From contig JBBRSB010000003.1 in the NCBI GenBank assembly GCA_038245785.1, positions 32,001 through 96,000 on the forward strand: DNA of 64,000 bases, read 5' to 3'. Below are positions 58,073 through 64,000 of the stretch, piece by piece. The stretch comes from Gloeobacterales cyanobacterium. GTDB lineage: Bacteria; Cyanobacteriota; Cyanobacteriia; Gloeobacterales; PMM-0068. The first letter of the stretch is position 1. Every line of letters starts with the position of its first letter. The translations under genes were made by a program, and so were the position numbers. The notes below the pieces were generated by a model. The model did no database searches and was not told where the DNA came from. It was given only the letters and a program-made list of their open reading frames with translations.

Positions 58073-60133
58073 ATGAGTAACGTTACTGCCATTATCCGCA
58101 GACACTGGAAGCCTTTGCTGGCCTTAAACTGTGCTCTGTTCGCCGCCACTGTGAGTGTTGCTCTATATTGGCCACGCACATGGACAGCTACTGCCAAAGT
58201 TATTCTGCCCAATGTGACGGGAGGACTAGATGCCAGCCTGGGCACCTTGGGAAATCTCCGTGATACAGGAAACGGATTCACTCAAGAAGTGAACCCCCCT
58301 ACAATTCAAGCCACGATTCTCAAAAGTGATGATGTAATTCAGCGCGTATGGATGGATGATCCCGAGAAAGACCTATACAAAAAGCTGGACCAGTATGCCA
58401 GTTTGTTCAAGGTGTCTCCTAAGGATCAATCTACCGTGATTGATATAGAGGTCCGGGGCTCCAGCGCAGAAGGTGTCCAGGCACGCGCACAGGCGCTCCT
58501 TGCAGCATACCAACAGCGTTTGAACGAACTACGCAAGGATGATGCAGCGGTACGCGAAAAATTCAGTCGAGAGGAGCTCGAAGCAAGTCAGCGTGATCTA
58601 TCCCAAGCGCAGCTTGCCCTTTCCAAGTTTAAGCAGGCTACGGGACTGGTCAATGTCAATGAGCAGACCAGAGCACTCGCCAGTTCTATCAGCACCTTAA
58701 CTGCAGCACAGACACAGGCTCTAGGGGAGGGCAAAGCTGCTGAGATTCGGAGTAAGGTTCTAGCATCGCGCATTGGCATGACTCCTGAGCAAGCCTTCGG
58801 TTCACTGCGTCTTGGCGAGAACAAAGAGTACCAGGCTATCCGGCAGAAGCTATCGGAAGTTGAAATTGCTTTGACCGATGCGCGTGGACTCTACACCGAC
58901 AAGAATGATCGGGTACAGTCCCTGCTCTTACGCCGAGAAGAACTCCTGAATGCGCTCAAGCAAGAAGTTACCAAAGCCCTTCCCCAAGGAGCAACGCAAG
59001 GGATGGATACAACCTTGGGGGGAAACAACTATAGGGATGCCCGGATTGACCTGATTGTGCAACTTATCGAAGCAGAAAGCACAGGCAATGGAGATAAGCA
59101 GCAGGCTGCCCAAATTCAGAAGCAGCTAGATAAGTTCAATACCAATCTCAGGTCCTTTGGAAAAGATGAGGCCATACTACTAGAACTACAGCGCAAATAT
59201 GACATCACTGAGGGTGTGTACAAGGGCTTAGTCGCTCAGATAGAGCAAGCCAAGGTCAATGCCTTCAACAGCTATCCGAATGTGCAAACGCTTGACCAGC
59301 CCCATGTTGACCCCAAACCTACGAGTCCTAAAATATTCCTGATTGCCCTGGGGGGTGCGCTGGGTTCAATCTTTGGAAGCCTAGCGCTGGCCCTGGGTTT
59401 GGAAAGCCGCAACCCCCTATTTGGCCCAAGAGATTTACAGAGAACGGAGTTGCCCGTCCTTGCGCGTATGCCAAAGTTTGCAAATCCCGCATCAAATTCA
59501 GAACTCGCTCTTGCTAGGGAAGATTCGGTATTCCAACGGCTTGCTTCGGCGGTCAGCGTCATGCCGTTAGAGAACCAGCGTCTACTGGTCACTAGCTCAA
59601 CCTTCGGGGAGGGGAAAACGAGTATAACGCTAGGGTTAGCTCTAGCCTTGAATGCCCTGGGGTTTCGGGTCCTCCTTGTGGATGGGGACTTCCGCAAAGC
59701 AGACCTGAGTGGTCGCTTTGCAGCAATGCAAAAGATGACGGAACAGTTAGCCGATGCTGGGCAGCCCATCCCGATACGCGATGGTCTTGATCTGCTACGT
59801 ACCGAAGCAAAACAGGAAAGAATCGGAGAATTTGTGCTCCGTGGCGGTTTAGAACAAACTATCGATAGATTGCAGGCTAACAATCACTACGACTACGTCC
59901 TGGTAGATAGCCCACCGATGAGCCTAACCAGTGAAGCATCGCTGATGGTTACGTACCTCCAAAATGTTTTGTTTGTGGTCCGTCCTGGCGTCAGTGACCG
60001 CTATGCGGTAACAGAGAGTCTTGAGCAGCTTGCGCGGCAGAATGCCCACACCATTGGTCTATGCATTAACGGGCTAGAGACACGGACGGAAGGATACCGC
60101 TATGGACGTAGTGAAGCTCAGGTAGGAACATGA
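58073..60133 (+). CDS. wzc: Polysaccharide co-polymerase/BY-kinase
   Basis: TM-coiled coil-TM; Walker A GEGKTS, DGDFR and DSPP motifs. Confidence 0.88.
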   Translation: MSNVTAIIRRHWKPLLALNCALFAATVSVALYWPRTWTATAKVILPNVTGGLDASLGTLGNLRDTGNGFTQEVNPPTIQATILKSDDVIQRVWMDDPEKDLYKKLDQYASLFKVSPKDQSTVIDIEVRGSSAEGVQARAQALLAAYQQRLNELRKDDAAVREKFSREELEASQRDLSQAQLALSKFKQATGLVNVNEQTRALASSISTLTAAQTQALGEGKAAEIRSKVLASRIGMTPEQAFGSLRLGENKEYQAIRQKLSEVEIALTDARGLYTDKNDRVQSLLLRREELLNALKQEVTKALPQGATQGMDTTLGGNNYRDARIDLIVQLIEAESTGNGDKQQAAQIQKQLDKFNTNLRSFGKDEAILLELQRKYDITEGVYKGLVAQIEQAKVNAFNSYPNVQTLDQPHVDPKPTSPKIFLIALGGALGSIFGSLALALGLESRNPLFGPRDLQRTELPVLARMPKFANPASNSELALAREDSVFQRLASAVSVMPLENQRLLVTSSTFGEGKTSITLGLALALNALGFRVLLVDGDFRKADLSGRFAAMQKMTEQLADAGQPIPIRDGLDLLRTEAKQERIGEFVLRGGLEQTIDRLQANNHYDYVLVDSPPMSLTSEASLMVTYLQNVLFVVRPGVSDRYAVTESLEQLARQNAHTIGLCINGLETRTEGYRYGRSEAQVGT

Positions 60134-61479
60134 TTCAACTGTGGGATTCATCCCTGTCTATCGCTACTCGACCTATTAAACCAGAGGAGCCTACAGGTCC
60201 TTTGCAAGGGTATGGGATTCGCTGGAAAACCCTGACCAGAGCGGAGCAGTTAGTCTGCGCAAGCATTGCTCTGCTGCCCCTTTGGTGGATATTGGGATGG
60301 AGCTGGACGCTTGCGGTGTGGATGCTGGGTATAATAGCCCACGATATTTTTCGCTATGGCAATCTCCGTTTTAAGAGTCCAACTTTATCAGCAGCTGCAT
60401 TACTGGCTTTCGGGTTTTATACCCTCATCAATTCAAATCTTAGAAGTCCTACTTTCAATCTGAACTCCGTGATCGGTCCGACAACGCTGTGGATTTGTGC
60501 TGGTTTGGCGCTTTGGTACATACAGAGCAACGACATCCGCATACGTCCGCAGGTTATGGCCTGGGCCTTCTCGGTTAGCATCATCCAGATGATTGTGTTC
60601 TGGCTAATAGTTCACTTTGGCCTGTCAGAGCATAGCTATATTCCATACCGTACTCTTTTTGGATTCCTGACAGATAAGGGTGAGCAGTTTATCCCCGGTG
60701 CCGGTAATGCTAATTATCTAAAACCCTATGAGCCGAGCGAGAAAGGATTAGGGGGCTTGGCTCGTTACAGCTTTTTCTTCGCTCACCCATCTACCTGTGC
60801 CCTGTGGGTAGGCTTTGCCGCCCTGCTGAGCTTAGATATGAAAAACCGTATCTGGGCAACATACATGGTTTTGGGGTGTTCTTTCTTATTATTGTTAGGC
60901 CAAACTCGCTCTGCCTGGCTTGCTTTTCCCGTGGCGCTGGCAGCTCGCTACTTTTTCAATAGAAGTAAAGTTTTCCTTTTTGCCCTCGTTTCAGTGGTGA
61001 GTCTTGCCGTATTGTCGCTTCCTCCAATTACTGATTCACTCCTTGGTAATTACACAGGGGCTATAGAAGCAACGAGTCATCTCCGCAAAGATTCAAGCAA
61101 GGTTCGTAATTTAATTTATGCGCGGACCTTGGAACGTATTCCAGAAGAACTACTTTTAGGACATGGCATCAATGGACCAACAGTTCTACCGGGGTTCGAT
61201 GCTGGACGTATTGGATCCCATAGCTTCTTTCTTGGAACGCTGCTCTATAAAGCTGGCGTATTGGGCACAGCCATTTTTACAACTTTTCTAGTTTCTCTCT
61301 TCTTATGGCTCGCTAGAACTAAAACAGGTAGGCCTACCTGTTGCTTTTTTATATTTCTGTATTTTGGACTGAATTTACTGGTCGAAGAGCCTGAGATAGT
61401 AACAGTTTTACTCGTCTTACTCTGCACCTTATTAAGGGAGACTGCGATAACTCTTAAGGGAGGATTGGACCATGCGTAA
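60130..61479 (+). CDS. O-antigen ligase/Wzy-like polymerase
   Basis: Multi-TM; QTRSAW, LLGHG and GSHSFFLGTLLY..G motifs. Confidence 0.8.
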   Translation: MIQLWDSSLSIATRPIKPEEPTGPLQGYGIRWKTLTRAEQLVCASIALLPLWWILGWSWTLAVWMLGIIAHDIFRYGNLRFKSPTLSAAALLAFGFYTLINSNLRSPTFNLNSVIGPTTLWICAGLALWYIQSNDIRIRPQVMAWAFSVSIIQMIVFWLIVHFGLSEHSYIPYRTLFGFLTDKGEQFIPGAGNANYLKPYEPSEKGLGGLARYSFFFAHPSTCALWVGFAALLSLDMKNRIWATYMVLGCSFLLLLGQTRSAWLAFPVALAARYFFNRSKVFLFALVSVVSLAVLSLPPITDSLLGNYTGAIEATSHLRKDSSKVRNLIYARTLERIPEELLLGHGINGPTVLPGFDAGRIGSHSFFLGTLLYKAGVLGTAIFTTFLVSLFLWLARTKTGRPTCCFFIFLYFGLNLLVEEPEIVTVLLVLLCTLLRETAITLKGGLDHA

Positions 61480-62689
61480 GCTTCTGGTTCTAGCGGGAGA
61501 AAATGATGGGTTGGGCGGTACTCTGGTTTCTCGCTCGATGCTGGCCTTGGGATTTAAACAAAGTAGTGTGTCTGAGCAACTACAGATTCTAGTTCAATCT
61601 AACTCATTCATGGAGCAATACTTGCGGGATGCAGGTCACGGATTCTGTTTGCAGCCAGTCGAAGCAAAAGACAGGACCCAATTCATGCAGCGCTCCTTTC
61701 GCTGGGTGAATCAGCAACCCCGAGATTGGCCTTTGCTTCTAGATAACTGTGTTGACAAGCAAGTAATACCAGCCATTTTGAAAGCGACTCTAGCACTGCG
61801 GTTAAGTGGCCGTCCTGTCTATCACTTCTGCCATGATTTATGCCTATCTCACAATGCGCTGGGCTATGCCCTGCGGAAAATTGCTTTCACCTGCCTCTCC
61901 CCGCACGTCCTCTGTAATTCGCAATTCACCGCTACGAACGTCTGCAGTCTGATGTCTGATATCCGGGGAATTCTATACCAGCCTGTAGACCTGGAACAGT
62001 TCCATCAGCGCCCCTCTACCCAGCCAGTTCCTGAAGGATTGAAGCCCATCGTGCAGTCTGGGGCTCGTTTGATGTTGACCCCTTCCCGCATCAATCAAGT
62101 GGGAATTGTCAATGACAAAAATTTGCGGGCACTTATCCCCGTAATTGCTCAACTCAAAGCGATGGGGCATCACTACCACGGCGTGGTGATTGGTCCAGAT
62201 GGTTCTCCCGACCTGGCCAATACTCGTGTCTTGCTCGATCAAGCGGCGGAGGCAGGCGTCGGAGACCGTTTCACCATCTTGCCGCCAATGAACAAGATTG
62301 AAGACTGCTATAAGCATGCCGATATTGTTGTGACGCTTGCCCCACGAGAGCCTTTCGGTCGTACTGTCGTCGAGGCAATTGCCTGTGGCGTCCCGGTCAT
62401 TGGTAGCCGCAGCGGAGGAATTGGTGAAATTCTCAATCATTTCGCACCGCATTGGACCGTTGAACCCAATGACCCTCTAGCAGTGGCGCAGGCGATCCTC
62501 CGGGTTGCTTCTGATCCTATGACATCAGGCATTCTTGCCCACGGCAGAGCTTGGGTCGAGCAACGGTGCAGCGTTCAAGAGTATGCCCGTGGGGTGATGG
62601 AAGTTACGGGCATTACCCATAAGGTCACCCAACCAGAACACCCTCCAATTCATGCTCCATACCCTGACCCCATAGGAGAACGGGCCTAA
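61472..62689 (+). CDS. Glycosyltransferase family 4
   Basis: EPFGRTVVEAIACGVPV motif. Confidence 0.9.
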   Translation: MRKLLVLAGENDGLGGTLVSRSMLALGFKQSSVSEQLQILVQSNSFMEQYLRDAGHGFCLQPVEAKDRTQFMQRSFRWVNQQPRDWPLLLDNCVDKQVIPAILKATLALRLSGRPVYHFCHDLCLSHNALGYALRKIAFTCLSPHVLCNSQFTATNVCSLMSDIRGILYQPVDLEQFHQRPSTQPVPEGLKPIVQSGARLMLTPSRINQVGIVNDKNLRALIPVIAQLKAMGHHYHGVVIGPDGSPDLANTRVLLDQAAEAGVGDRFTILPPMNKIEDCYKHADIVVTLAPREPFGRTVVEAIACGVPVIGSRSGGIGEILNHFAPHWTVEPNDPLAVAQAILRVASDPMTSGILAHGRAWVEQRCSVQEYARGVMEVTGITHKVTQPEHPPIHAPYPDPIGERA

Positions 62690-63924
62690 TGCAAAACTCA
62701 CAGCTTCAGGCCTCGACTTTCGTTGAGGCAACTTCTTCAACTGCCGACATCCTGGTAATTTCCCGTGTCTTTCCCCCCGCAGTTGGTGGTATTGAGGAAT
62801 ATGCCTATAACCGCTGCCTGCAAGACCCAGACCGGGTGATTGTTCTGACCGCATCCTGTACAGGAGAAGAGGCTTTTGATCAGGCTCAATCTTTTCCTGT
62901 ACACCGCTGGCCTATGCCGTCTTACCTCCGCTCTGTGGGTAAACTCGGCAGTCTGCTCAAACAGATCGTCAATATGGTTTGGTCATTCATTATGGCGGTC
63001 CAACTTTATGGGCGCTATCGCTATCGCTACATCGAGTGGTGCCATGGTTATGACTTTCCTGCGCTGCTGCTATTGAGCTATGTGCTCCCGATTCGTTTTT
63101 TTGTCTATCTACACGGCAACGATGTCCTTTGCCCAGCCAAAAATCCACTGCTGCATACGCTGTTTGAATGGACTCTGAGCAGAGCAGAAGGGGTCGCTTG
63201 CAATAGTTCTTTCACTCGGGATTACCTGAAAGACCATTTTCGATTTGATGCTCCCACCTACGTGATCACGCCAACGGTCAGACCAGAAAAGTTTGGCCCT
63301 AGAGATCTTTTAAAGAAAGCTCCCGCCTTACGTGCTGCAGTGCGAGCCAAGTACAATATCCCGGAAGAAGCGGTTGTCATCTTGTCCGTCGGGCGTCTTG
63401 TCCGCCGCAAGGGATTCAATCGGGTCATCGAAAATTTACCAACTTTGTTGGCTAAAGGACTAGATGTTTATTACTTAATCTGCGGTCGAGGCCCTTTAGA
63501 AGCTGAACTTAAGGCACTAGCTAGTCAACTCGGTGTCCAGGATCGCGTTCTCTTCGCAGGCTATGTACCGGATGAGCAGCTCGCCAGTTATTACGCTGCC
63601 TGTGACCTGTTCTCGATGCTTACGTTCTTCGATGCAGAAGACAAAAGTATTGAAGGCTTTGGCATCGTCTATTTGGAAGCAGGTTACTTTGCAAAACCTG
63701 TAATCGCTGCACGGGTCGGAGGCGTAGAAGATGCCGTCCACAATTTAGAGACGGGTCTACTGATTGATCCGAATGCTGAGGAGGAGATTACTGACGCTCT
63801 GCTCCAACTCTGCACGGATCAACCCTTGCGGGAACGACTTGGTCTCAATGGTCAAGCTTTAGCCAATCGCAAGATACCTCATCGAATCCTCTATAAAGAT
63901 CGAGTTGTCTCTACCCTTAGCTAA
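62689..63924 (+). CDS. Glycosyltransferase family 4 (PimA-like)
   Basis: FPPAVGG, VGRLVRRKG and EGFGIVYLEA motifs. Confidence 0.92.
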   Translation: MQNSQLQASTFVEATSSTADILVISRVFPPAVGGIEEYAYNRCLQDPDRVIVLTASCTGEEAFDQAQSFPVHRWPMPSYLRSVGKLGSLLKQIVNMVWSFIMAVQLYGRYRYRYIEWCHGYDFPALLLLSYVLPIRFFVYLHGNDVLCPAKNPLLHTLFEWTLSRAEGVACNSSFTRDYLKDHFRFDAPTYVITPTVRPEKFGPRDLLKKAPALRAAVRAKYNIPEEAVVILSVGRLVRRKGFNRVIENLPTLLAKGLDVYYLICGRGPLEAELKALASQLGVQDRVLFAGYVPDEQLASYYAACDLFSMLTFFDAEDKSIEGFGIVYLEAGYFAKPVIAARVGGVEDAVHNLETGLLIDPNAEEEITDALLQLCTDQPLRERLGLNGQALANRKIPHRILYKDRVVSTLS

Positions 63925-63953
63925 ACATCAACTGTTCTACATAAGGACTAACT

Positions 63954-64000
63954 ATGAAGCCACAGACTCTAAATAGCCACCAGCAGCTTCAACTCGCTTT
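63954..64000 (+). CDS. 5' end of the next operon gene (truncated by the window)
   Basis: AAGGA RBS then ATG, open to the window end. Confidence 0.5.
   Translation, partial: MKPQTLNSHQQLQLA

Overview
A cyanobacterial chromosome segment. HIP1 (GCGATCGC) is nearly absent, which suggests an early-branching, Gloeobacterales-like lineage (inference). The left part (1-36.8 kb) is mostly housekeeping: a heterodimeric ABC exporter, fasciclin, bioY, clpS, labA, metG, an M23 peptidase, serS, mltG/ruvX, folC, leuA, argJ, a PhoA-type phosphatase, tRNA-Ser(GCT) and tRNA-Gly(CCC). It also holds a divergent cobalamin cluster: cobO-cobW-cobN-cobH on one side and riboswitch-cbiX-cbtB-unknown membrane protein on the other. 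The right part (36.9-64 kb) is surface-polysaccharide DNA: glycosyltransferases, wbaP, a fungal/trypanosome-type UDP-galactopyranose mutase, wzx, a three-domain putative sugar-activating enzyme, two large DUF4082 proteins, and a wza-wzc-wzy-GT operon. Several elements are missing from the ORF track: a 59-aa CbtB, a 33-aa Psb30-like peptide, a Leu-rich 47-aa uORF overlapping the leuA start, a class II cobalamin riboswitch, a REC-PstS fusion broken by two in-frame TAG codons, and families of nested miniature palindromic repeats. Some of those repeats are translated in frame inside genes or supply stop codons. All calls come from reading the sequence; no searches were run.
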